Shown piece by piece: positions 36,992-45,929 of a DNA stretch of 64,000 bases (the stretch's first letter is position 1; every line of letters starts with the position of its first letter). A program made the position numbers and the translations under genes. This DNA comes from an uncultured Actinomycetes bacterium (lineage in GTDB: Bacteria > Actinomycetota > Thermoleophilia > Solirubrobacterales > 70-9). The stretch is taken from the NCBI GenBank assembly GCA_963782515.1, contig CAWAJY010000006.1, positions 349,988-413,987 on the forward strand. Direction: 5' to 3'. The notes beneath the pieces were generated by a model. The model was not told where the DNA came from. It did not search any database and saw nothing but the letters and a program-made list of their open reading frames with translations.

Positions 36992-37795
36992 TCACGTACT
37001 GGGCGTCTCGTCCGACTTCCCGACTCCCGCCGCGGCGACGTCGAGGCCGAGGTAGGCGGAGCGGACCTGGTCCTCGTCGATCACCTTGTCGGCGGTGCCC
37101 TCGACGATGATCTGGCCGCGCTCGAGGACGTAGGCACGGTCCGACATTCTCAGCGTCAGCATCGCCTGCTGCTCGACGATCATCACCGTGATGCCGGTGT
37201 CGCGGAGCTTCTCGAAGGATTCGAACATCTCCTTGGTCACCAACGGCGCCAGGCCCAGGGAGGGCTCGTCGAGGAGGAGCAGCGAGGGGCGGGCCATCAT
37301 CCCGCGGCCGACCGCGACCATCTGCTGCTGGCCGCCGGAGAGGTCCGCGGCGCGGCTGCCCATCCGCTCGCCGAGGACCGGGAAGAGGTCGACCACGCGT
37401 TCCAGCTCCTCCGCGCGGTTGGAGCGCTGCCGGCGGTGGGCGTAGGCGCCGAGGATCAGGTTCTCGCGCACGGTCATCTCGCCGAACAGCTGGCGACCCT
37501 CGGGGACGAGGACGACGCCCTTGCCCGCCATCGCCTCGGGCGGCACCTTGGTGACGTCCTCCTCGCCGAGCGTGATCTTTCCGGCGGTCGGCCGCAGGAG
37601 GCCGACGATGGTCTTCAGCAGGGTCGACTTCCCGGCGCCGTTGGTGCCGAGGACGGCGACGATCTCCCCCGCGTCCACCTGCACCGAGAGGTTGCGCAGG
37701 ACCGAGACGGCCCCGTAGCCGGAGTCCACCCCCTCGACCCGGAGGATCGTCCTTGCCGCCGTCGCCGTGCTGCTCGCCCCGCTCTCCACCGTCAT
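36992..37795 (-). CDS. ABC transporter ATP-binding protein, LivF-like
   Basis: GTNGAGKST Walker A, LSGGQQQ signature and LLLDEPS Walker B. The last ~7 codons derive from a repeat-module (M4) remnant. Confidence 0.85.
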   Translation of the reverse strand: MTVESGASSTATAARTILRVEGVDSGYGAVSVLRNLSVQVDAGEIVAVLGTNGAGKSTLLKTIVGLLRPTAGKITLGEEDVTKVPPEAMAGKGVVLVPEGRQLFGEMTVRENLILGAYAHRRQRSNRAEELERVVDLFPVLGERMGSRAADLSGGQQQMVAVGRGMMARPSLLLLDEPSLGLAPLVTKEMFESFEKLRDTGITVMIVEQQAMLTLRMSDRAYVLERGQIIVEGTADKVIDEDQVRSAYLGLDVAAAGVGKSDETPST

Positions 37796-40602
37796 ACCTC
37801 CACCGTCGTTCCCAGGTATGCCTCGATCACGGTGGGGTCGGCGCCGACCGCGGTCGGCGTGCCCTCCGAGATCTTGGCCCCCTCCTCCAGCACGAAGACC
37901 TTGTCGGCGATCGACATCACCATGCTCATGTCGTGCTCGACCAGGAGCACCGCGACCTCGAGATCGCGGATCGTCTGCACCACCGCGGCCAGCGACTTGG
38001 TCTCGGTGCCGTCGAGGCCCGCCGCGGGCTCGTCGAGGAGCAGGACGCAGGGGTCGGTGGCGAGCGCGCGCGCCAGCTCGGCGAGTCGCTGCTTGCCGAC
38101 CGGCAGGTCCATCGCCACCGTGTCCGCGTCGTCGGCGAGCCCGACGAAGTCGAGCCAGGCGCGCGCCTCGGTCTCGGCCGCCGCTTCCTCGCGGCGCGAG
38201 CGCGGGCCGCGGAAGACGGCGCCGAGCAGGCCGGAGCGGCGAAAGCGCTGGCGGGCGAGGATGACGTTCTCCAGCGCGGTCAGCCCTTCGAAGAGCCGCG
38301 GGGTCTGGAAGGTGCGGGCGACGCCGGACTGGCCGATATCGGCGGGGCGCAGGCCGACCACCTGCCGTCCCATCACGGCGATCCTGCCGTCGGTCGGCAC
38401 GATCGCCCCGGAGAGCATGTTGATCACGGTCGACTTGCCCGCCCCGTTGGGTCCGATCAGCGCCGTGATCTCACCCGAGTCGAGGGTGAAGTCGACGTCG
38501 GAGACCGCAGGCAGCTTGCCGAAGCGCTTGGTCAATTCCTCGACCTCGACCAGGCTGAGGCCGGCGCGGGCGTGACCGTTCCCGTTCGACGGCGCGGCGG
38601 TGATTGCCGCGGCGGGCGCCGAACCTTCCTTGGCGGGAGGGAGGCTCGGGCTTTTCGCCACCGCTTTGCGGATGTACTCCGGGAGCGCCGTCAGCCCGTC
38701 GCGGAAGACGAGAACGAAGAAGATCAGGAAGAGGCCGCTGAGGATGATCGTGTACTGCTGGGTCGAGGCGCCGGCGGAGGAGCTGAACGATTCCTGGACC
38801 GCGTACTGCATCCCGCCGACCACCGCCGCGCCGGCAGCCGCGCCGAACGGGGAGGCGACGCCGCCGACGATCACGTAGGTCAGCAGCGTGATCGTGAAGG
38901 TGACGTCCCAGCTCGTCTGGGTGGCGAAGTTGCCGTAGATCGCCCACAAGACGCCGGCCAGCGAGGCCATCGCGGCGCCGAGCACGAGGATCCGGACCTT
39001 CAGCTTCGAGACGTCGAGGCCGAGGCTCTCGGCCGCCTCCTCGTCGCGCCCCACCGCGCGCAGCGCCAGCCCGGTCTGCGACACCCAGATGTTGCGGGCG
39101 ATCAGCAGGCAGACGCAGAGGAGGCCCATGCCGAGGTAGAAGAACTGCTTGGCGTCGATGAATTCGGTGCCGAAGAGGTGCATGATCGGCAGCCCGGTGA
39201 TGCCCTGCGGGTACTGCTGGGCGGCGACGACAAGCGCGATCAGCTGGATCGCCAGCGTCGCCAGCGCCAGGTTGAACCCGGACAGTCGCACCGTCAGCCG
39301 GCCGATCGCGTAGGCGAGGACGATCGAGCCGGCGACGGCGACGATCGCGGCGGGGAGCAGACCCCAGCCGCTCTTCACGGTGAGGATCGCGACCCCGTAG
39401 CCGCCGATGATGTAGAAGACCGCGTGGCCGAGGCTGAGCTGCCCGGCGAGGCCGAGGATCAGGCCCAGGCCGGTCGCCCCGACGGCGCCGAGGACGATGT
39501 AGGTGGCGGCCGACTGGAAGCCGAGGTCGCTGCTCAGCGAGGGGACGAAGAAGGCCGCGGCGAGCAGCACGACCGGCAGCAGCGAGCGCGCCCCGAGGCC
39601 GTCGAAGACGCCGCGCGGCTGGGGCTTCGCGCCCTCCAGGCGCTCGACGAAGGCGGCGGTGCGCTCGCGGATCCGTTGCTGCAGGGCGACGACCTCCTCG
39701 TCGGTTTCCCCCTTGACCCGGGAGAGCTTCGACATCCGCTGGAGGACGCCGTCGCGGCCGATCAGATCGCGGCCGAGGAGGAACACGATCAGGGTGCCGT
39801 AGACGATCGCCATCCGGTATTCGGAGGAGATCTTGCCCGCCGAGAGCGACTCCAGCATGCCCAGCGCGAGGCCGAAGAGGACGGCGCGGCCGGGACTGGT
39901 GAAGCCCGCCAGGGCGGCGGCGATGAAGGCGACCAGGGTGACTTCCAGGCCCGCGTTCCAGCTGGCCGAGGTGAGCGGCACGGTGACCGCCGCGATCACC
40001 CCGGCGAGCGCGCCCGCGAGGACGAAGGCCATCATCGAGGTCGAGCCGATGCGGATGCCGTAGAGGCGGGCGGCGACCGGGTTGATCGCGCTCGCCCGCA
40101 TCGCCCGGCCGAGGTCGGTGAAGCGGAAGAGCGAGACGATCGCGATCAGGCAGATGATGGTGCCGCCCCAGACGTAGAGGGTCTGGTAGCTGAGGTGGGC
40201 GCCGAGGAGGACGAACGAGCCCGAGCTGAAGGCGGGGACGCTTTTGGTGTATTCGCCCCAGATCGCCAGCGCCACTCCCTGCAGCACCGCCCCGACCCCG
40301 AGCGTCGTGATCAGCAGGCCCAAGGGCCCGAGCTTGCCGCGCACCGGCGCGATCGTCAGCCGCTCCTGCAGCAGGGCGATGCCGGCGACCGCGGCGATCG
40401 TCACCAGGATCGCCGGCGGCACGCTCCAGCCGCCTGCCCCGGCGGTCCCGTACATGATCAGCCCGCCGAACATCACGTAGTTGCCGAGCGCGAAGTTGTA
40501 GACCCCGGTGACGTTGACGATCAGGACGATCCCCAACGCGACCAGAGCGTAGATGCAGCCGAGGGAGAGGCCCGACAGTACGTACTGGACGTATTCGCTC
40601 AC
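37792..40602 (-). CDS. fused LivH-LivM-LivG polypeptide (two permease domains + ATPase)
   Basis: A single uninterrupted frame. GTG 40602 (VSEYVQYVLSGLSLGCIYALVALG, LivH-like). A second permease domain starts around LPVVLLAAAFFVPSL. The C-terminal ATPase has GPNGAGKST, LPVGKQR and LLLDEPAAG. GTGA overlap with the upstream gene. Confidence 0.7.
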   Translation of the reverse strand: MSEYVQYVLSGLSLGCIYALVALGIVLIVNVTGVYNFALGNYVMFGGLIMYGTAGAGGWSVPPAILVTIAAVAGIALLQERLTIAPVRGKLGPLGLLITTLGVGAVLQGVALAIWGEYTKSVPAFSSGSFVLLGAHLSYQTLYVWGGTIICLIAIVSLFRFTDLGRAMRASAINPVAARLYGIRIGSTSMMAFVLAGALAGVIAAVTVPLTSASWNAGLEVTLVAFIAAALAGFTSPGRAVLFGLALGMLESLSAGKISSEYRMAIVYGTLIVFLLGRDLIGRDGVLQRMSKLSRVKGETDEEVVALQQRIRERTAAFVERLEGAKPQPRGVFDGLGARSLLPVVLLAAAFFVPSLSSDLGFQSAATYIVLGAVGATGLGLILGLAGQLSLGHAVFYIIGGYGVAILTVKSGWGLLPAAIVAVAGSIVLAYAIGRLTVRLSGFNLALATLAIQLIALVVAAQQYPQGITGLPIMHLFGTEFIDAKQFFYLGMGLLCVCLLIARNIWVSQTGLALRAVGRDEEAAESLGLDVSKLKVRILVLGAAMASLAGVLWAIYGNFATQTSWDVTFTITLLTYVIVGGVASPFGAAAGAAVVGGMQYAVQESFSSSAGASTQQYTIILSGLFLIFFVLVFRDGLTALPEYIRKAVAKSPSLPPAKEGSAPAAAITAAPSNGNGHARAGLSLVEVEELTKRFGKLPAVSDVDFTLDSGEITALIGPNGAGKSTVINMLSGAIVPTDGRIAVMGRQVVGLRPADIGQSGVARTFQTPRLFEGLTALENVILARQRFRRSGLLGAVFRGPRSRREEAAAETEARAWLDFVGLADDADTVAMDLPVGKQRLAELARALATDPCVLLLDEPAAGLDGTETKSLAAVVQTIRDLEVAVLLVEHDMSMVMSIADKVFVLEEGAKISEGTPTAVGADPTVIEAYLGTTVEV

Positions 40603-41117
40603 TGCTCGCCCAGCCCCTGTCCGGCCTGCTCGGCGAGCCGCGCCGCCGCCTCGGTGAAGACGCCCGCGTTGCCGTCCTGCCAGGCGCAGTGGAGCGTGCG
40701 GTGCTCGATCTGCCAGCCCGCGTCGGTGCGGCGCAGGCGGTCCTCGTAACGACCTCCCACCAGGTAGGTGTTGCCACCCGCCGGACCGGCGAGGAGGTGC
40801 TGGGCCTGGAAGTAGCAGCTCGCCGTCGCGCGCTCGCCTTCGACGGTGACGCGCGGGTTGGCGATCAGATGTTGGCTCGCGTCGAGCCCGGAGAGGACGC
40901 CGCCGCAGAGCTCGACGATCGCGTCGCGTCCCTCGTTGACCCCACCGAACTCGAGGTAGTCGGCGATGCCGTCCTCGGTGAAGGTGGCGCGCAGCAGGTC
41001 CCAGTCGCGGGTGTCCAGTGCGGTCGCGTACTGGTAGAGGAGGTCGGTGATCGCGAGGCGATCCTCGACCTCGGCGATCCTGGCCTCGAGGCTGGTGTCG
41101 GAAGTGGTGGTGTTCAT
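40599..41117 (-). CDS. SnoaL_4/NTF2-like protein
   Basis: 172 aa. EDRLAITDLLYQYATALDTRDWDLLRATFTED pattern typical of the SnoaL_4 family. Embedded in the ABC operon. Confidence 0.65.
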   Translation of the reverse strand: MNTTTSDTSLEARIAEVEDRLAITDLLYQYATALDTRDWDLLRATFTEDGIADYLEFGGVNEGRDAIVELCGGVLSGLDASQHLIANPRVTVEGERATASCYFQAQHLLAGPAGGNTYLVGGRYEDRLRRTDAGWQIEHRTLHCAWQDGNAGVFTEAAARLAEQAGQGLGEQ

Positions 41118-41214
41118 CCGTTCCTCCGCGGCTCCGGATCGCCACCACCCGAGGCCCGTCAGGGCCCCGGGTGGTGAGATCGGAGTCGCCGATCGTGTTA
41201 CTAGGTCGGCGCGA

Positions 41215-42609
41215 CTATCCGGCGTGTGGGCCGGTGGCTTTGGCGCCGGCGGGGTCCGCCCCCGGCGCGAGCACGTATTCCGGTTCTCCCTTCTTGTTCA
41301 CTTTGATCGTCATGTCGACGTAGGCTTCTTCCCAGGTACCGGTGAGCCGGTGGCTTTCCGGGCTGGTCTTGACGAGGCCGTGGCTGGTGCGCAGGCTCCC
41401 GTCCATTTCCTGCATCGCTTCGACGATCGAGTCGCGGGTGACTTCCTTACCTTCTTCTTCCAGGTGTTCGACCGCCCAGGCGTAGGTGTTCACCGCGTCG
41501 TAGCCGTAGATCGAGAACAGCGCGAAGGGTTCGCCGGGGAAATACTTTTCGAATTTTTCGACGTATTCTTCGCACCACTTCTTGGCCGGATCGCTCTTCG
41601 CGATGATTTCCGGCGCGCGGCACTTGTGCCCGCCGAAGACGACGCCTTCGGCGTTCTTGCCGGCCGCTTCGGCCAGTGCCGGAACCGTCAGCCACTGCTC
41701 GGCGATCACCGGTTTGGAGTCCATCCCGAGCTGCTTGGCGGCTGCCAACGCGTTCGGGTTGAGCGACTCGATGTAATAGATTTCCGCGCCGCTTTCCTTC
41801 ATTTTGGTCAGCTGCGGGGTGACTGCTTCGACCGAGTCGGCCGAGCCTGCTTCCTCCACGTCGACGACTTCGCAGCCCAGCTGTTCGCACCCTTCTTCGA
41901 TCGCTTCCGGGATCTGCTGGGAGAAGTCGGTTTCGTAGTGGAGGATCGCGACTTTCTTACCCTTGAGGTTGGTTCCGTTGAATTCACGGCCGAACGCCTT
42001 CGCGTATTCGGGCCCGTGTTCGTTCATGTAGACGAGCGACGACGACGCGTATTCTTTGCCCGCCGAGTTCTCGAATATGTATTTGGTGACCGGCGTGTCG
42101 ATCTTGTCGTTACCGCTTGCCGCGATCAGCGCCAGCTTCACCCGTTCCGACTGTTCGCGGATCGCGAGCGATCCGGTCGCACCGAGGAACGCCCCGATGA
42201 TCTTGCTTTCGGCCCCGGCCTGTTGGTAGGCGCTTGCCGCGCCCTGCGGGGTGCCGCCGGTCTTGAAGATCTTCAGGTCGATTTCTCGACCGTTGACCCC
42301 ACCGGCTTTGTTGATTTCTTCGGTCGCGATCTTCATGCCCTTCATGAAGTCCGGACCGCCCTCGGCGACTTCACCTTCCAGACCGGCGATGCCGATCGGT
42401 TCGGTCGAGCCGCTCGAGCTTTCGCTTTCGGCGGCGGCGTTTTCGGTTTCCTTGGCTTCCCCGGACGGTTCCGACGAGCTCGACGAGCTGCTGCCGCCAC
42501 CGCCGCAAGCCGCGAGCAGAACGCTGAAGGCCGCGAGCAGGAGCGCGAGGCACACAATGAAGGCAACCCGGTGTCGTGGCCCGCGCCGGCGGGTCCTCTC
42601 GTACTGCAT
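41215..42609 (-). CDS. ABC transporter substrate-binding lipoprotein (Leu/Ile/Val-binding family)
   Basis: 464 aa with a GGAGA RBS. Lipobox LLAAC followed by a G/S-rich linker. Type I periplasmic-binding fold pattern. Confidence 0.8.
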   Translation of the reverse strand: MQYERTRRRGPRHRVAFIVCLALLLAAFSVLLAACGGGGSSSSSSSEPSGEAKETENAAAESESSSGSTEPIGIAGLEGEVAEGGPDFMKGMKIATEEINKAGGVNGREIDLKIFKTGGTPQGAASAYQQAGAESKIIGAFLGATGSLAIREQSERVKLALIAASGNDKIDTPVTKYIFENSAGKEYASSSLVYMNEHGPEYAKAFGREFNGTNLKGKKVAILHYETDFSQQIPEAIEEGCEQLGCEVVDVEEAGSADSVEAVTPQLTKMKESGAEIYYIESLNPNALAAAKQLGMDSKPVIAEQWLTVPALAEAAGKNAEGVVFGGHKCRAPEIIAKSDPAKKWCEEYVEKFEKYFPGEPFALFSIYGYDAVNTYAWAVEHLEEEGKEVTRDSIVEAMQEMDGSLRTSHGLVKTSPESHRLTGTWEEAYVDMTIKVNKKGEPEYVLAPGADPAGAKATGPHAG

Positions 42610-42841
42610 TGAATCTCCTCTCTGAAGTGGCCCACCGGGTCCCCCCCGGCGCTGGCAATCGCGAACTTAGGAGGTGCCGATTGCGCCAGGCGCCCGAGTT
42701 CTCGCGAGCGTTGTCGATGTCTCCAATCCGCGCCCCCTCTCCACAGGCCGATCCGGTGACGCCGCGGCCGCCGCGCGCTACGTTCGGTGAGGGTCGGCAC
42801 GCCGCGCGCGAAACCGAGACGACGAGAGGAGAAAGCCGCAG

Positions 42842-44464
42842 ATGAAGAGCACGATGTCGGCGATGCCGCTGACGACGAGGTTGATCTACGACCACGGCAG
42901 GACGGTCCACCACCGCAGCCTCGTCACCACCTACGCGGCCGACGGCTCCTCCACCTCCCAGACCTACGCCGAGGTCGCCGCGCGCGCCGACCGGCTCGCC
43001 GCCGGCCTGCAGGCGATGGGCATCGTGCCGGGCGATCGCGTCGGCACCTTCTGCTGGAACCACGGCGACCACCTCGCCACCTACTTCGGCGTCCCCTGCA
43101 TGGGGGCGGTGCTCCACACGGTGAATCTGCGCCTCTTCCCCGAACAGGTCGCCTTCGTCGTCAACCACGCCGAGGACCGGGTGCTGATCGTCGACCAGAC
43201 GCTGGTCGACCTGCTGGCGCCGATCGCGGACTCGCTCGCCACGGTCGAGCGCTTCCTCGTCATCGGCGGCGACGGCGCCGCCCTGGGCGAGCGGGCGATG
43301 CCCTTCGAGGACGCGCTGGCGGCGCCCGAGGTCGAGCCCGGGTGGCCGGAGCTCGACGAGTCCGCGGCCGCCTCCATCTGTTACACGAGCGGCACCACCG
43401 GCGACCCGCGCGGGGTCGCCTACGGACATCGCTCGACCTTCGTCCACTCGATGGCCCAGTGCGCGACCAACGCCTTCGGCATCGGCCAGGACGACACGAT
43501 CATGCTGATGGTCCCGATGTTCCACTCGAACGCCTGGGGCCTCCCCTACTCGGGCTGGATGTCGGGCGCCGACTTCGTGATGCCGCAGGCGACCCTCGAC
43601 GCGGCCTCGCTCGCGCGGATGTTCAAGGAGCGCCGGCCGACCTTCACCGCGGGCGTGCCGACCCTGTTCAACGACCTGCTGAACCACACCGATCCCGAGC
43701 CGGTCGACCTCTCCACCCTGCGGGTCGCGGTCTGCGGCGGCTCGGCGGTGACCGGCGCGCTGATCGAGGCGATGCGCGCCCGCGGCGTGCCGATGCTGCA
43801 GGGCTGGGGGATGACGGAGACGAGCCCGCTCTGCGCCCTCTCGCACCCGCCCAAGCACACGCCGCCGGAGGAGGACAGCTACTGGCGCTCGAAGAGCGGC
43901 CGGCCCTCCTCGGCCGGGATCGAACTGCGGATCGTCGACGACGCGGGCGCCGAGCTGCCCTGGGACCGGGAGTCGGTCGGTGAGATCGAGGTCCGTGGAC
44001 CGTGGGTGACGACCTCCTACTACGGGATCGACACGCCGGAGAAGTTCGACCAAGGCTGGCTGCGCACCGGCGACGTCGGCTACGGCGACCCGGAGCGCTT
44101 CGTCCAGCTGACCGACCGCGCCAAGGACGTGATCAAGTCGGGCGGCGAGTGGATCTCCTCCCTCGACCTCGAGGACGGCCTCGCCTCCCACCCCGACGTG
44201 CTCGAGGTCGCGGTGATCGGCGTCGCCGACGAGCGCTGGGAGGAGCGCCCGCTCGCCTGCCTCGTCCTGCGCCAAGGCGCCGAGCTCGACCCGGCGGCCC
44301 TCGCCGACCACCTCGGCTCCCAGGTCGCCCGCTGGTGGATCCCCGAGCGCTGGTCGGCCCTCCCCGAGATCCCCAAGACGAGCGTCGGCAAGGCCGACAA
44401 AAAGGCCCTCCGCGCGGCCTACGTCGCCGGCGAGATCAAGGTCGTGAGCCCGACGCGGAGGTGA
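42842..44464 (+). CDS. AMP-dependent acyl-CoA ligase (FadD-like)
   Basis: 540 aa. YTSGTTGDPRG AMP-binding motif, GWGMTET, and a C-terminal PKTSVGKADKK. Confidence 0.85.
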   Translation: MKSTMSAMPLTTRLIYDHGRTVHHRSLVTTYAADGSSTSQTYAEVAARADRLAAGLQAMGIVPGDRVGTFCWNHGDHLATYFGVPCMGAVLHTVNLRLFPEQVAFVVNHAEDRVLIVDQTLVDLLAPIADSLATVERFLVIGGDGAALGERAMPFEDALAAPEVEPGWPELDESAAASICYTSGTTGDPRGVAYGHRSTFVHSMAQCATNAFGIGQDDTIMLMVPMFHSNAWGLPYSGWMSGADFVMPQATLDAASLARMFKERRPTFTAGVPTLFNDLLNHTDPEPVDLSTLRVAVCGGSAVTGALIEAMRARGVPMLQGWGMTETSPLCALSHPPKHTPPEEDSYWRSKSGRPSSAGIELRIVDDAGAELPWDRESVGEIEVRGPWVTTSYYGIDTPEKFDQGWLRTGDVGYGDPERFVQLTDRAKDVIKSGGEWISSLDLEDGLASHPDVLEVAVIGVADERWEERPLACLVLRQGAELDPAALADHLGSQVARWWIPERWSALPEIPKTSVGKADKKALRAAYVAGEIKVVSPTRR

Positions 44465-44475
44465 GGGTCCGGGTC

Positions 44476-44760
44476 GTCTGAGGCTGGCGCCCGGAGGCGC
44501 AAGGGACGCAAGGGCTGGCGGCGAGCGCCGCCGGCAACCCTTAGACCTTGGTAGCCCACAGGGCTACCAAGGTCTAAGGGTTGGGTTCCGGTCCATCGAG
44601 GCAATCACGGAAGTCCGGAGTTCGTACCGTCCCTGTGCCGGATGCTTCACGAACCCCTCACGTCCTGGGCGTCTCATGGCGGTCACAGCCAGCCAGGACC
44701 GCCATGAGACGCCCAGGACCGATCTCGGACGGGTGCCGCGGCCGCGAAGCATGCCGTCCC
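44476..44760 (+). repeat. mosaic hairpin repeat, locus H (type I lacking M2)
   Basis: M1 44476-44527. M3 44538-44580 (loop cacag, flipped relative to locus G). M4 44662-44719 (23-bp perfect stem). M5 44726-44760. Confidence 0.85.
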
Positions 44761-44885
44761 CCGCCCCCCCCAAGCCCTTGTAGAAACCCCCAACCCCCCT
44801 CTCGCGCCGCACCTCGCGCGCGGCTACGTTCTGGCGCACAGGACGAGACCGCGCGGGTGGGACCCGGGCGGAGAGGAGGAGCGAC

Positions 44886-45929
44886 GTGAGCGAGCCGAGC
44901 GTGCCCCGTTGGGGGCTCTGGTACGACTTCCGCAACCCGGCGCAGTGGCGCAAGCCCTGGGAGGACTTCTACGCGGAGACGCTCGACCAGATCGTCTGGG
45001 CAGAGGAGCTCGGCTACCGCGGGGTGTGGCTGACCGAGCACCACTTCATCGACGACGGCTACACGCCCTCGCCGCTGGTGATCTCCGGCGCGATCGGCGC
45101 CCGGACCACCGAGATGCGGATCGCGATGTCGCTGATGCTGCTGCCGCTGCACGACCCGGTGCGCCTCGCCGAGGATTCCGCCACGCTCTCGATCCTGACC
45201 CGCGGCCGCTTCGACCTCGGCGTCGGCATCGGTTACCGCCCCGACGAGTTCGAGGCGTTCCACCGCAGCCTGAAGAACCGGCCCTCGCTGCTGGAAGAGG
45301 GCGCCGAGATCATCCGCCGCTGCTGGGAGGGGCGCTCGCTGGAGTTCGCGGGGAAGCGCTTCACCTATCCCGACGTGACCGCGTCCCCGGTTCCGCCGAC
45401 CTCTCCCCGCCTCCTCGTCGGCGGCATGAACGAGCCCTCGATCGACCGGGTGGCGCGGATCGCCGACGGCTTCCTCTCGACCCAGAACGCCCACCAGCCG
45501 CTCTACCTGGAGGCGCTCGAGCGCCATGGCAAGGACCCGAGCCAGGGCCGCATCCACGCCGGCCAGTGGGCGATCGTCGCCGAGGACCCGGAGGCGATGT
45601 GGGCCGAGATCGGGCAGCACGCGCTCTACCAGCTGAACGAATACATCAGCTGGGGCGCCTTCGGCCCGCCCGACCAGGTGCCCCGCTTCCCCGATGCCGA
45701 CGCGATCGTCGCCGGCGGCGGCTACACCCTCTGGGACGGCCCGACCGCGGTCGCCGAACTGACCAAGCTGCTGCGCGAGCGCCCGCAGATCGAGGACGTC
45801 TTCTTCTGGGCGCAGCTGCCCGGCGAGAGCGTCGAGAGCGGCTCGCGCCGGGTCGAGTACTTCATGCGCGAGGTCGCCCCCAAGGTCGAGGCGGCCCTGC
45901 GCGAGGGCACCACCGTGAGCCCGGGATGA
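44886..45929 (+). CDS. LLM-class (luciferase-like) flavin/F420-dependent oxidoreductase
   Basis: GGAGGAG RBS and GTG start. GYRGVWLTEHHF motif. Confidence 0.8.
   Translation: MSEPSVPRWGLWYDFRNPAQWRKPWEDFYAETLDQIVWAEELGYRGVWLTEHHFIDDGYTPSPLVISGAIGARTTEMRIAMSLMLLPLHDPVRLAEDSATLSILTRGRFDLGVGIGYRPDEFEAFHRSLKNRPSLLEEGAEIIRRCWEGRSLEFAGKRFTYPDVTASPVPPTSPRLLVGGMNEPSIDRVARIADGFLSTQNAHQPLYLEALERHGKDPSQGRIHAGQWAIVAEDPEAMWAEIGQHALYQLNEYISWGAFGPPDQVPRFPDADAIVAGGGYTLWDGPTAVAELTKLLRERPQIEDVFFWAQLPGESVESGSRRVEYFMREVAPKVEAALREGTTVSPG

Noticed and set aside
41215-42609. The apparently lower GC and AT-ending codons (GAA, AAA, TAT, TTT) in the SBP gene as a sign of horizontal transfer.
   Set aside because: I cannot compute codon statistics here. 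The protein is K/E/F/Y-rich, which alone lowers GC. GAA is also used in clearly native genes such as zwf.
42640-42700. Imperfect inverted repeats in divergent promoter regions, as operator sites. Examples: ctggcaatcgcg...cgattgcgccag at about 42650-42690, tgtgggttcccaca at about 50584-50597 and ctttg..caaag at about 27073-27091.
   Set aside because: They are short (5-6 bp arms) and imperfect, expected by chance in GC-rich DNA, with no second copy or known consensus to support them.
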